Below are positions 47,118-57,045 of a stretch of 64,000 nt of DNA, piece by piece. The stretch covers positions 6,752-70,751 of the IMG/VR virus record IMGVR_UViG_3300027907_000002; one strand, given 5' to 3'. Source of the stretch: a virus. Below the pieces are notes generated by a model. It was not told the DNA's origin. It worked only from the letters and a program-made list of their open reading frames with translations, and searched no databases. How positions within the stretch are numbered: the stretch's first letter is position 1; each line of letters opens with the position of its first letter. Both the position numbers and the translations under genes were made by a program.

Positions 47118-47653
47118 AAAGACTTAGTTTAGTTGGAGCAGTCGTCCTGTTCCTTTTGCTTTCAGTGGGAGCCTCTGCTCAGACTTTTACCTTCGGGGTT
47201 GACTACGGTCGCCAGTCCCTGAAGCCGAACTTTCAAGATCCGATCTCCGACGTGAATTCCGTTAGAGCAACTGGGCTTGTTCGAGTCGCGGGAGACAAAG
47301 AAGGTAATGGGTTTAAGTTTAAGGTTGGTGGAGAGTTCCAGCGCACGTATGAGAAGGAAGTCTTCTCGAATTATATGGGCACTGGGATGGACATCTATCG
47401 AGACGTTAATTCGTACTTTGGTGTGGGGGAGCTAGAGTATCGAGTCTCTGCGATTGGCATTGGGGCTCGGGCTTATCTTGGAACCGAGAAGCTTCACGAG
47501 GATCTCGAATATGTACTAGCGCGTAAGTATCAGTTTCGCGGGACCCTTTATCTTGGGAAACACCTCGGGCTGACTCCGCTCTTCATCGAGTTCAAGAAAG
47601 AGAAAGAAGGCTTCCAGCAAGGTTTTGGAGCGGGAGCGTCAATCAGCTTCTAA
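47114..47653 (+). CDS. outer-membrane beta-barrel-like protein
   Basis: Signal peptide ending ASA|Q, alternating amphipathic strands, C-terminal ...GASISF. Confidence 0.65.
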   Translation: MKRLSLVGAVVLFLLLSVGASAQTFTFGVDYGRQSLKPNFQDPISDVNSVRATGLVRVAGDKEGNGFKFKVGGEFQRTYEKEVFSNYMGTGMDIYRDVNSYFGVGELEYRVSAIGIGARAYLGTEKLHEDLEYVLARKYQFRGTLYLGKHLGLTPLFIEFKKEKEGFQQGFGAGASISF

Positions 47654-47662
47654 TGGCTACCT

Positions 47663-49042
47663 ATGCCCTACACCGATGTTACATTCGCTCAGGCAAAGAC
47701 TCGCCTTGCAAATGCGCTTGGCGATCCAACCAAAGTGTTTTTTACGGATGCCGAGCTTGGTAGATACTTGATCGAAGCTCTGCGGTGGTGGGGGTTAGTT
47801 GCTCAGTATTTTCGTGAGACCGGCCGCATTAAAACCGTGGCCGGTCAATCTTTTTACTACGTAGAGAACTCCCTCAAAGATGGAACGGATACTACCCTTC
47901 TACAGAGTTTAACCGTAAGCGATCGAGAGTTAATCAACGATATAAACTATGCGTTGATGGAACCTCAAATAACCAACTGGGCTCTGGGATGGGCTGGCAC
48001 TGAGATGTTCTCTCTAGAAGAAATAACAGAACATCTTCAAGATGCCCGAGATGAGTTCCTTAAACTAACTGCTTGTATATCGTCTAGCTACGACATAGTA
48101 GCTACCCAATCTAGACTTAATTTACCTGCTGATCATATCCGAATCTTGAGAGCGGACGCTTCTGCTCAGGGATCTTCGGGACCACTTCCAATGTGGGTCG
48201 TCGATCAAGCGCAGCTTACTTCCAGTTATAGGTCTACGGCGTTTCCTGGAGACGAACTCCCTACAGCATATGCGGTTTCCTACACGCCTCAACTCATTGT
48301 TGACGTTTGGCCCCCTCCACAGGTGACCTGTACGATCAACATCCAAGGGGTGAGATCGGGGGCGACTCTCACCCCTACGGCTTCTGCGACGGTGTTGTTA
48401 GCTCCAGATGATGCGACGGTGTTGTTGAAGTATAGAGCTCTTTCGGATCTGTTCGCTGGAGATGGTCTAGTTAGATCTCCTGAGATGGCTCAGTATTGTG
48501 AGATGCGCTATCAGGAAGGGCTAGAAGCTATGTCCCTTTACCTGTCGGTTCTATGGAACAACGATGGAGGATCGAGAGGAGTAATAACCTCTATAGCTCA
48601 GTGGGATGAAGTCAGACCAGCGTGGCGTTATGAGACTCCTGGGGAACCTGAAACAGTAGCTCAACTAAACTGGAATACTCTAGGGATGAGACCTGTACCC
48701 AATGGTGAGTATGTTGTGACTTTCGAAGCCATAAGAAAAGCTCCGATCCCAACAAGTGATTCAGACTTTATCCAGGTAGGGAGAGAACACCTAACCGCGA
48801 TCTATGACTACGCTCAACACATAGCCCTAATTAAATCTCAGGGCCAGGAGTTCGCAGTAACTATGGCTCTTTACGAGTCAGCTAAGGCAGCAGCTAGGGA
48901 CTATCGAGAACAAGTAGCTTCTCAGAGTTTTCTCTATCAAGCTACTCAGTTACCTAGTCTGCAGGAAAAATGGACTCGACCGATGCGTCGAAAGGCAGCA
49001 CTTGAGGAAGCCAATCAAGAGAGACAACTAGTGGAGGTGTAA
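47663..49042 (+). CDS. head-tail adaptor/tail tubular protein
   Basis: FFTDAELGRYLIEAL N-terminus; directly before the nozzle. Confidence 0.6.
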   Translation: MPYTDVTFAQAKTRLANALGDPTKVFFTDAELGRYLIEALRWWGLVAQYFRETGRIKTVAGQSFYYVENSLKDGTDTTLLQSLTVSDRELINDINYALMEPQITNWALGWAGTEMFSLEEITEHLQDARDEFLKLTACISSSYDIVATQSRLNLPADHIRILRADASAQGSSGPLPMWVVDQAQLTSSYRSTAFPGDELPTAYAVSYTPQLIVDVWPPPQVTCTINIQGVRSGATLTPTASATVLLAPDDATVLLKYRALSDLFAGDGLVRSPEMAQYCEMRYQEGLEAMSLYLSVLWNNDGGSRGVITSIAQWDEVRPAWRYETPGEPETVAQLNWNTLGMRPVPNGEYVVTFEAIRKAPIPTSDSDFIQVGREHLTAIYDYAQHIALIKSQGQEFAVTMALYESAKAAARDYREQVASQSFLYQATQLPSLQEKWTRPMRRKAALEEANQERQLVEV

Positions 49043-52000
49043 GTGGCAGAATACATTCCTAAACCCCAAGTCTTTATCAAGAAGGGAATGAGTGTCTCTC
49101 AACCAGGGGACCGCCTGACGGGTGAGTATTTCCAGTACGTTCAGAACGTTCGCTCTTACAAGAGAGGTGAGTGGAGACAGCGACCAGGAATGTCTCGCTT
49201 GTACCCTAGTATTTCGAATCCCATATATTACGTAACCAGAATAAACAATGACATTGACTCCACTTTCAGAAGGGTGGTCGCGGCGAACAACGCTGGAACT
49301 GGAGATCTTTACGTTGATGACGCGGGGCATATAGCCCTGGGTCTAGTTGATACGGGATACTTTCCTACTCAGTTTTCGAGTGTGGTATCTCGACCTGACA
49401 GATCCCCGTTGCCTTATTTGTTCATAGCTAACTCGCTTAGAAACTCGAAGATCTCCACTTCGGGCGTGAGAACAGAGTGGGGCATTTCTGCTCCTCTTTC
49501 GGCTCCTGTTGTGGAGCCTCAAGGTCTTAACTATCTGGCGTTGGCGAACCTTACTTCTACTGCTGGGTGGACTCTAACAGGAGGAATTGCTTTAACATCT
49601 GGTAGCACATCAGAAACTGTACTCGCTGTTTTGTATGATTCGGGCTCTACTGGGATGGCCACTATTGGACTTACCTTTACAGCTCCGTTAGTTATTCCAG
49701 TTGTCGATGGAGTTATTCAGCTAGTTAATTCGTTAGCTCAGAGTGAGACTTGCTTTATTCTGGAACACTGCCCTCCTATTTCTCCTCCCATTGGTCTTAG
49801 TAGCGCAGTTATAGCAGATATATCTTACGATTCAGGAACAACGGGACCTTGCACAATTGTCTTCACTGGATTGGGATCTGGAATAAAAAGAAATGCTATT
49901 CTTAGGTTGGATACTGGGGGACTCTCCCAGGAAGACGTAAGAGTTCTTTCGGTCACCACTGCTATAGATGGTACTCCTTCGATCCGGTGCTCTACTGTCA
50001 ATACTCATAGTGCTGGACAGCAAGTAAACGGTATTGCATCTATAAGAGTATTTACTGTCTTTACTCATACCACTGCTAGCACAGCTACGCAGTCCAGATT
50101 CAATGTTAATCTTGGAGGGTTTGTACCTACTTCCATTTTGTCTACTACGTTGAATCTGAATCTAACTCAGGCTCCTACCTCGTCGGGTGGATCACCTAGT
50201 TCTAGGCTGATAAAGGCTAATGATTATTTAAATGTATCCATCCTTGATGACTTTGGCGCTCTTGATGAGATCCAGATTCAGTTTGATACGATTGGCGTAA
50301 CGTTCAATCAAGATTACTACTATGTAAGTATTAGGCAGTCAGACCTAGCTGGATCGTACTTTCTATCGAGCCAATCTATTCTGGCTCAGCAAATACAGCT
50401 TGGCAGAGAGCAGTTAGATAAGATTGTAAAGAAGGACAAGGAGATAATTATTTTTCCTCCTTCTATTGGGGAGCTAGGGGATCTTGGTCCGTCAGACACA
50501 GACGCTACCACTCAGTACTTTGGACTCCCTACCAGTATAGCTACTGACCAAGGCCCTGTAACTACTTCTACTCCCTCGAAGGTTGGAAGGCTTGATCTGC
50601 AGATTCCGATCAGCCAGTTCCAGCACGTTAAGGGGGGAAGCCAGGGATCGCTTCAGAATATTGTTGGAGCGAGAATTGTTTTTAAATACAACTCGGGATC
50701 CACTTTAGTACTCGGGCCTAGTCTGTGCGCTTTCTCTATAGGGGGAACCTACGAACCCAACACTAAGGATCTTCCTTCTTATACTTATGTTTATAGGGGC
50801 AGAAACACTAGCACTGGATCAAGATCGAATCCCTCACCTCCGATTCGATTCCCGGTAGAATCCATAAGAAGACGTACCTTAGTTACTGTTGCAGCTCATC
50901 CGGATTCACAGGTAGACGTAATTGATATATTTAGGATGGGAGGAACTCTAACCAACTACTACATGATAGGAACCTTGCCAGTAGGCACTACTACCTTCGA
51001 GGATAACACTCCTGATTCGGTGGCGGTTAGGAATCCTATTCTGGAGGTAGATAGGTACAAACCTTGGATTAGCGCAGATGTTCCTAAGTCTGGAATATGT
51101 AATGTAACGGGAACAAGTGTTACTCGTGTTAGTGGGGATACCTTTAATACTGGATGGGTCAGGGGTACTCAGATTCAGATAGATGGTAAGGTCTACACCC
51201 TGTATACCAATCCATCGTCTACTACTAGATTGGAGCTTAACGAGTCTGCAGGATTTGGAACCAATCTTAGGTTCAATATTCAAGAGCCGGTTCTGGATGG
51301 TAGAACTTATCCTGCGGTCTTCGGACCCTTTTCTGGAGCGAGTGGAGAGTTTATATTTGTAGTGGGAGATCCTCGGAATCCAGGTTATCTATACTGGACT
51401 AATGGAAACGATGTTGAATCTACCTCTGACGTAAATTCTCTAGAGTTGTGCCCTCCCTCTGAGACCCTGATGAATGGGGTGGTTCTGAATGGGATACCTT
51501 TCTGTTTCTCGGATATGCGATCCTGGAGAGTTCTTCCTTCGTTCCAGGGTGGGCAATCAGGCTCAGGTAGCTCGTTCTATCCGCAAGAGACCACGATGGG
51601 CCGGGGACTAGTGGGGAGATATGGGATATGTGTAGGGGATGCGATTTATTTTGTGTCCTTCGACGGGGTGTATCGAACCCGAGGAGACGCGCTTGAGAGC
51701 CTCACAGATGACAGTCTTGCTCCGTTGTTTGATAGGGATGGGACCTTCATAACCGACTTCACGGTTCCAGTGTCCCCGATAGACTTTACATCTCCGGATG
51801 ACATCTCTCTGACTTACTCATTTGATGGACTCTATCTTACCTTTAAGGCTAGAGATACTAACTTCTACACCTTCTTTATGTCATTCTTTACGGGAGGGTG
51901 GGTTCTGGATTCGATCGGTACGGGAGCTATTATCAGGTCTTCAAGAGAGCTGAGGACTCAAGACGCGGATAATGTGCTGGTGGGAACTTCTACTGGAAAG

Positions 52001-53002
52001 GTAATGATCCGTAGCAACTCCTCTTTCCTAGATGACACTGACCCTATAAGCGGAAGGATATGGGATAGAGAAGAGATCTGGGATAGCCTTCGCTACACTA
52101 AACAAGTAGGAGACACTATGCTGGACATAGATCCAGCAGGAGCTACTATTACTCCTACTATGAGGTACGAGAACAATACCTCCAGTGATATTCTAAGTAA
52201 CATAACCGGAAGTGGGAGAGATCAATTTGTACGTGACATCAATTCAGGATCAGGTCGAATTGTTAGGGGAGCCGCTATGGATCTCACCTGGGCCGACGCG
52301 ATCTCCGGACCACCAAAGTTCTATGCTTGGGAACCTAGTGGTTTACTCAAAGCCGAGGAGAGCGTCAATAGGGCCACTGATTGGGATGCAGGCGGATACC
52401 CTGGAACTAAATGGCTGCAAGGATTCCGACTCAAGGGAGACACCCTTGGACTAGCTAAGGCGTTTCAGGTGGAGATAGACGGAGGAACTTTCGTCGAATC
52501 ATTCAGTCTTACAGCAAGTGGTGAACAGGTCACCACGTTCTGGCTGACGACTCCGGTTGTGGCGCACGAATTCAGAATCAGAGGAGCCGATGGGGACCTC
52601 TGGCGAAATATGGGAGTAGAATGGGTATTTGAGCCAGAGCCTGAGCAGGCTGCTGTATGGGAGACACAAGTCACCTCCTTTAACCTACCCTTCTTCTCCC
52701 ATATAAGAGAAGTGATGATAGCCCATAGGAGCACTACAGATATTACAATGAGTGTAATAACGGATGGGGTGAGTAATAGTTATCCTATACCGAATGGGGG
52801 AGGAAACCGGATTAGGTCTTATCTCCCCGTCCTGGCCCTCAAGGCTAAGTATCACAAGTTCAGATTCACCTCTAGTCAGCCCTTTGGTCTATGGATAAAC
52901 GACATAGAAGTAAGGGTTGGGGCCTGGGGGAGATCTGATCCTTACACTATTCAAAGGCCCTTTGGTGACATCAGTAGGGCTAATGGTGGAGCTAGGTTAT
53001 AA
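49043..53002 (+). CDS. tail nozzle/stabilisation protein (P22 gp10-like, with insertions)
   Basis: QNVR...RQRPG N-motif, beta-propeller-like repeats, 1319 aa. Confidence 0.7.
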   Translation: MAEYIPKPQVFIKKGMSVSQPGDRLTGEYFQYVQNVRSYKRGEWRQRPGMSRLYPSISNPIYYVTRINNDIDSTFRRVVAANNAGTGDLYVDDAGHIALGLVDTGYFPTQFSSVVSRPDRSPLPYLFIANSLRNSKISTSGVRTEWGISAPLSAPVVEPQGLNYLALANLTSTAGWTLTGGIALTSGSTSETVLAVLYDSGSTGMATIGLTFTAPLVIPVVDGVIQLVNSLAQSETCFILEHCPPISPPIGLSSAVIADISYDSGTTGPCTIVFTGLGSGIKRNAILRLDTGGLSQEDVRVLSVTTAIDGTPSIRCSTVNTHSAGQQVNGIASIRVFTVFTHTTASTATQSRFNVNLGGFVPTSILSTTLNLNLTQAPTSSGGSPSSRLIKANDYLNVSILDDFGALDEIQIQFDTIGVTFNQDYYYVSIRQSDLAGSYFLSSQSILAQQIQLGREQLDKIVKKDKEIIIFPPSIGELGDLGPSDTDATTQYFGLPTSIATDQGPVTTSTPSKVGRLDLQIPISQFQHVKGGSQGSLQNIVGARIVFKYNSGSTLVLGPSLCAFSIGGTYEPNTKDLPSYTYVYRGRNTSTGSRSNPSPPIRFPVESIRRRTLVTVAAHPDSQVDVIDIFRMGGTLTNYYMIGTLPVGTTTFEDNTPDSVAVRNPILEVDRYKPWISADVPKSGICNVTGTSVTRVSGDTFNTGWVRGTQIQIDGKVYTLYTNPSSTTRLELNESAGFGTNLRFNIQEPVLDGRTYPAVFGPFSGASGEFIFVVGDPRNPGYLYWTNGNDVESTSDVNSLELCPPSETLMNGVVLNGIPFCFSDMRSWRVLPSFQGGQSGSGSSFYPQETTMGRGLVGRYGICVGDAIYFVSFDGVYRTRGDALESLTDDSLAPLFDRDGTFITDFTVPVSPIDFTSPDDISLTYSFDGLYLTFKARDTNFYTFFMSFFTGGWVLDSIGTGAIIRSSRELRTQDADNVLVGTSTGKVMIRSNSSFLDDTDPISGRIWDREEIWDSLRYTKQVGDTMLDIDPAGATITPTMRYENNTSSDILSNITGSGRDQFVRDINSGSGRIVRGAAMDLTWADAISGPPKFYAWEPSGLLKAEESVNRATDWDAGGYPGTKWLQGFRLKGDTLGLAKAFQVEIDGGTFVESFSLTASGEQVTTFWLTTPVVAHEFRIRGADGDLWRNMGVEWVFEPEPEQAAVWETQVTSFNLPFFSHIREVMIAHRSTTDITMSVITDGVSNSYPIPNGGGNRIRSYLPVLALKAKYHKFRFTSSQPFGLWINDIEVRVGAWGRSDPYTIQRPFGDISRANGGARL

Positions 53003-53020
53003 TAACCACGAGGAGATTTT

Positions 53021-53338
53021 ATGTTTTCAGCAACAGTGACAGTAGACGCCAACGCTAGATCGTTGAGGAATCTGGTCAACGCGGCGATTGCAAACGAAAT
53101 ACCTATCGTAAACACGGGAAGAGCTTATCAGGTGATTCTTATAGCCTCTGCCGCGACAGTGATTCTCTCAAGTAGGGGGGATATAACGACTCCAGCTCCT
53201 CCCCCGGCAGGCAACGGCGTGGCTCTTGTGGCCAACGTTCCTATTAGTTTCCAGGCTCCCACTGGTAACCAGATCGCAGTAGACGAGATCTTCTTGAGTG
53301 GAGCGGGAACGGTTGGAGTGATGATTCTTGTAATGTAA
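53021..53338 (+). CDS. virion-module protein
   Basis: GAGGAG RBS, beta-rich. Confidence 0.55.
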   Translation: MFSATVTVDANARSLRNLVNAAIANEIPIVNTGRAYQVILIASAATVILSSRGDITTPAPPPAGNGVALVANVPISFQAPTGNQIAVDEIFLSGAGTVGVMILVM

Positions 53339-54081
53339 TGGCTGACAAACTGCCCAATCTATATTCGTTGCCTTCTATGCCAGGGACTGATCCTCTGATG
53401 TTGAGGTTCTTTCAGGATCTGGTAGATAGGACGAACTATCTCACGACGGAGTTAGATAGGGTAAGAGGGAATATCCCTAGTCAGCTAGATGTTAGAGCTC
53501 ATAAGGAAAGTCCTCCACAAGGGATCATCAAAATTCCTTCTCCACAGGGAGATGGATTTATTCGAGTCAGCAAAGATGGAGTTATAGTAAGTTACGCCAA
53601 TCCTATTCCAGCTTCTAATTACCCTCGTCTTATCTTTACCGATGTGACGAATCACGCTAATAGTGGAGCTGCAGTAACTACTATCATTACCATTATGATA
53701 CCTCCAGGTACCTTAAAAGCTACTGGGGATTTTCTGGAGTTTGTGGGGGAGTACGATGTAGCTGGTGGTGCGGTTACTAAGACTATTACATATTCATTTG
53801 GGGGAGTGAATTTAAATGCTAATCCCTGGCAGAACACTCTATCTGGAACCCAGATCATGCTTATAGGTAGAGTCTATCGCACCAGTCCCACTACGACTCG
53901 AAACTACATAGCGGCTAGTTTACCATTTACTGGCCAAGTTGATCCCTTTACTCAATTTGGGGATATAACTGTAGCTAGTATGGACACCGAGACTCTAACG
54001 TTTGTAGTAACTCTACAAGGTACAGCATCAAACGATGTTACTCATAGAGTAAGTCATATGTTTGCAGTGAGACAGTCATGA
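53338..54081 (+). CDS. tail-associated protein
   Basis: TAATG coupling; C-domain resembles the C-terminus of 45019..46824. Confidence 0.55.
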   Translation: MADKLPNLYSLPSMPGTDPLMLRFFQDLVDRTNYLTTELDRVRGNIPSQLDVRAHKESPPQGIIKIPSPQGDGFIRVSKDGVIVSYANPIPASNYPRLIFTDVTNHANSGAAVTTIITIMIPPGTLKATGDFLEFVGEYDVAGGAVTKTITYSFGGVNLNANPWQNTLSGTQIMLIGRVYRTSPTTTRNYIAASLPFTGQVDPFTQFGDITVASMDTETLTFVVTLQGTASNDVTHRVSHMFAVRQS

Positions 54082-54551
54082 TAGTAACTAAATCGTTAGC
54101 CACACAGGACTATTATCTTCTGGAGGAATTCTGTCAGGAAGAAAACATCCAAGCTCCTTCTCCGGAGTTCAGTTGGGTAGAGGTCGCAGTAGACTCCACT
54201 ACGGGAAAGATAGTTGGAATCGTGGTCAGTCAGATGCTGATCCATACTGAGCCTATCTGGATCAAGAAGGAATATCAGGGCAGGGGTGTAAAGGAAGAGT
54301 TGATGGACAGGATGGAGGGTCGATTGGACGCGTCGGCCCTAGCCCTCGGAAAGGCGATCCACGTCTACAACCAGCCAACGAACGCGGCGGCTGAAAGAAT
54401 CTGTAGGAAGAGAGGCTACATTAAAAGTGACCGACCTCTCTACAATAAGGTCTATACTGGCGAGAAGTTAGCTAATATATTAACGAAGAGCAAACGAGAG
54501 GAGGCCATTTATGGCAGCGGCAATTCCAGCAGCGATCGGCGTAGGGAGTAG
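54078..54551 (+). CDS. GNAT acetyltransferase-like protein
   Basis: IWIKKEYQGRGV...RGY; usual position before ejection genes. Confidence 0.7.
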   Translation: MIVTKSLATQDYYLLEEFCQEENIQAPSPEFSWVEVAVDSTTGKIVGIVVSQMLIHTEPIWIKKEYQGRGVKEELMDRMEGRLDASALALGKAIHVYNQPTNAAAERICRKRGYIKSDRPLYNKVYTGEKLANILTKSKREEAIYGSGNSSSDRRRE

Positions 54552-55617
54552 TTTAATAGGCGGGATCTCTGGCAAGGGAGCTAGAAAGGCCCAGGAGCGT
54601 CTAGCCCAACAGCAGCTTCAGCAGCTTCAACCCTTGATCAATGCCCAGATAATGGCTTCTCAATTTGGGCTGGATCAAGCTAGGAATCTCTATCCCCTGG
54701 TACAGTCTATGCTAGGTGAGACTTTTTCGGGAGCCAGAAAGGGATTCGATACCGGAACTAGAGACTATGAGAGTCTTTTGGGAGAGGCCCGAGGCAGATC
54801 CGGAGAACTTTTCGATAAGGGGAATGCTCTTCTGGAGGGGTCAACTCCTTATCTGAAGGGAGCTGGGCAGGCTCTAGCTGAGCTGCAGAAATTCTACCGT
54901 CCCTTTATGACCGAGGGAAATGCCATTGATAGGTTCCTTCCCTCGAAACAGCGAACGGATGAGTTGTTGGCTCCGGAGTTCGGCCAGATCAACGAAGGCT
55001 ACCAAGCGACTTTGGAAGGGCTGAGTGAGGCTCCCAGAGGCGGGGGTAGAGCTTCGGCCTTCAACAAGGCCAATATGGCTAGACAGAGTGATCTATCTAA
55101 GGCTTACTTTACTGGGAGACAAGCCCTGGGTGATAGGGCACTGAATGCTGCGTTTCAGTCTGCGGGGGGAGAAGGCAACCGCGCCAACTCGCTAATGAAC
55201 CTGGGTCTCGGACAGGGACAGCTAGGACTGGGAACCATCGGAGCCGGGAATCAGACTCTCGGGACTGGTGGCGGACTAGCTATGAACTCTTTTGGGAACG
55301 CTCTCCAAGCTCTGGGTATAGGCGGTGGAGCTGCGGGGAATCTCGGGAACCTAGCTACAACGGGATTGGGTATAGGGTCTAGTGGAGGCCAAGGAGCTAT
55401 GAGCCTTTATAACTCTCAGGCCAATAGGGCTTATGGTGGGAGTCCTTCTAGTGGAGGTTCTGGGAATCAGCTTGGGGGATTCCTGGTAGATCTCTTTAGT
55501 AACAAAGGAGTCCAGGATAAGGTAGGTGGATTCTTCGGCGGGTTATTCGGAGGGGGTAAGAATAGTAACATTCTCCCTGGAACAGACTTCAACTACGGAT
55601 ATGGTCAAGGAGGTTAG
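54511..55617 (+). CDS. ejection/pilot protein
   Basis: MAAAIPAAIGVGSSLIGG N-terminus; G/A/Q-rich. Confidence 0.7.
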   Translation: MAAAIPAAIGVGSSLIGGISGKGARKAQERLAQQQLQQLQPLINAQIMASQFGLDQARNLYPLVQSMLGETFSGARKGFDTGTRDYESLLGEARGRSGELFDKGNALLEGSTPYLKGAGQALAELQKFYRPFMTEGNAIDRFLPSKQRTDELLAPEFGQINEGYQATLEGLSEAPRGGGRASAFNKANMARQSDLSKAYFTGRQALGDRALNAAFQSAGGEGNRANSLMNLGLGQGQLGLGTIGAGNQTLGTGGGLAMNSFGNALQALGIGGGAAGNLGNLATTGLGIGSSGGQGAMSLYNSQANRAYGGSPSSGGSGNQLGGFLVDLFSNKGVQDKVGGFFGGLFGGGKNSNILPGTDFNYGYGQGG

Positions 55618-55620
55618 CTT

Positions 55621-57045
55621 ATGGCTAATGGACAATTTCTGCAGGATCTTTCTTCTGGAATCTTTGGCAGGCTAGGAGAACTCCAAACTAAACAAAACGA
55701 AAAGGACGAACAGCGTCGTGGAGAGGTACTGAGTCTTCTTGCAGGACTGGCTGATAAGGTGGAGCCTGAATCCTTGCCGACTCTTATGGGTCACATAGGC
55801 GACGTGATGAAGCTCAAAGGGCCGATGAAGAAGTTCTGGAACGCCTTTTCGGGGATGCCGGATCGAGGGTTTGAGGATCAAATTGGAACCAAACTCAGTG
55901 AGACTTTGGGGTCTGCTGTGGGTCCGGACACTGCGATGAATCTTCGAGAGTCCAATAAGCAGAATCTCTTGAAACCCTTCCGCGCCGAGGGAACGCGGCC
56001 TCGATCGGTTGAGGCTCTTAACTATAGGCAGGCTCCAGAACTACAAGGGAAGATGGTTCTTAGAGATCCACGTCGAGAGGAGCTCTCGAAGATCGCAGCT
56101 CGCTACGAGGGCCAAGAACAACTGATGCAGGATCGTTTGGCTCTGACGAATGAGTTCAAGAGTCGAGAGAACGAACTCAAGCGAGCTCACGATACTGAGA
56201 TGTTGAATCAGAGGTTCGAGCTCAAGAGGGGCCAAGTACAGAGCGAACTCGCGGGTTGGTTGATGTCTACCTTTCCTGATAAGTTTAACTATGACAGCGC
56301 TTATCAAGAAGCTGGGAGAAGGTTACTAAATAAAAAAGAAGCCGACGTAGAGCAAATTCGACAGAGAATTGAGTTGATGAAGTCTCAGGGTAAACTAGCG
56401 GATACTCAGGCTGGCCAGCTCGAACAAGGTACAAAGCCTTCTGATGTTATGGCTGAGCGCCGGTTTGATAAGGACCAACAGAAAGAGTTCCGTACTCTAC
56501 AGAGTGAGTTGGCTACCTCTCAGGCTAGAGCTAGATCAATTGACCCTCAGATCAAGAATCTGGAAAGTAAGTTACAGGGACTGGCTGATAGGGCAGCTCC
56601 AGGTAAAGGAAAGTTTGTTCCTGGGGTAGGGTTCCAGGGAGTAGATCCCTTCATTGAAACTCTGCCAATGGTCAAGCCGGTTCTAGATGAGTATAACAAC
56701 CTACTCAAGGAAAAAGAGAGCGTACTCACAAGTCGTAAGACTAAGTATGGTCAGCTTACTACTCAGTTTAGAGACTACATTGAGCCGAGTTTGTCTGAGG
56801 AAGACGAGATCAAACTTCGGCAAGAGTTCGGGGGTGTGTCGCCTGCTGGAGCTCCGAGAACTACCCCTAAGAAAGCTATCCCTCCTACCCTTCCTGGAAA
56901 AGGCGGTGATGGAGGTCAATCGTCTAGGTACTTTAGAAGCCCGAATCCAGAAAAGTATTCGGTAGGTCAGAAGTATCGAGACGCCAACGGTAGACTAATA
57001 ACAGTTATAGGAATAGGTCCTACTGGTGAGATCTATTATAAGTAA
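55621..57045 (+). CDS. ejection (internal virion) protein
   Basis: Coiled-coil-rich, between pilot and large injected protein. Confidence 0.6.
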   Translation: MANGQFLQDLSSGIFGRLGELQTKQNEKDEQRRGEVLSLLAGLADKVEPESLPTLMGHIGDVMKLKGPMKKFWNAFSGMPDRGFEDQIGTKLSETLGSAVGPDTAMNLRESNKQNLLKPFRAEGTRPRSVEALNYRQAPELQGKMVLRDPRREELSKIAARYEGQEQLMQDRLALTNEFKSRENELKRAHDTEMLNQRFELKRGQVQSELAGWLMSTFPDKFNYDSAYQEAGRRLLNKKEADVEQIRQRIELMKSQGKLADTQAGQLEQGTKPSDVMAERRFDKDQQKEFRTLQSELATSQARARSIDPQIKNLESKLQGLADRAAPGKGKFVPGVGFQGVDPFIETLPMVKPVLDEYNNLLKEKESVLTSRKTKYGQLTTQFRDYIEPSLSEEDEIKLRQEFGGVSPAGAPRTTPKKAIPPTLPGKGGDGGQSSRYFRSPNPEKYSVGQKYRDANGRLITVIGIGPTGEIYYK

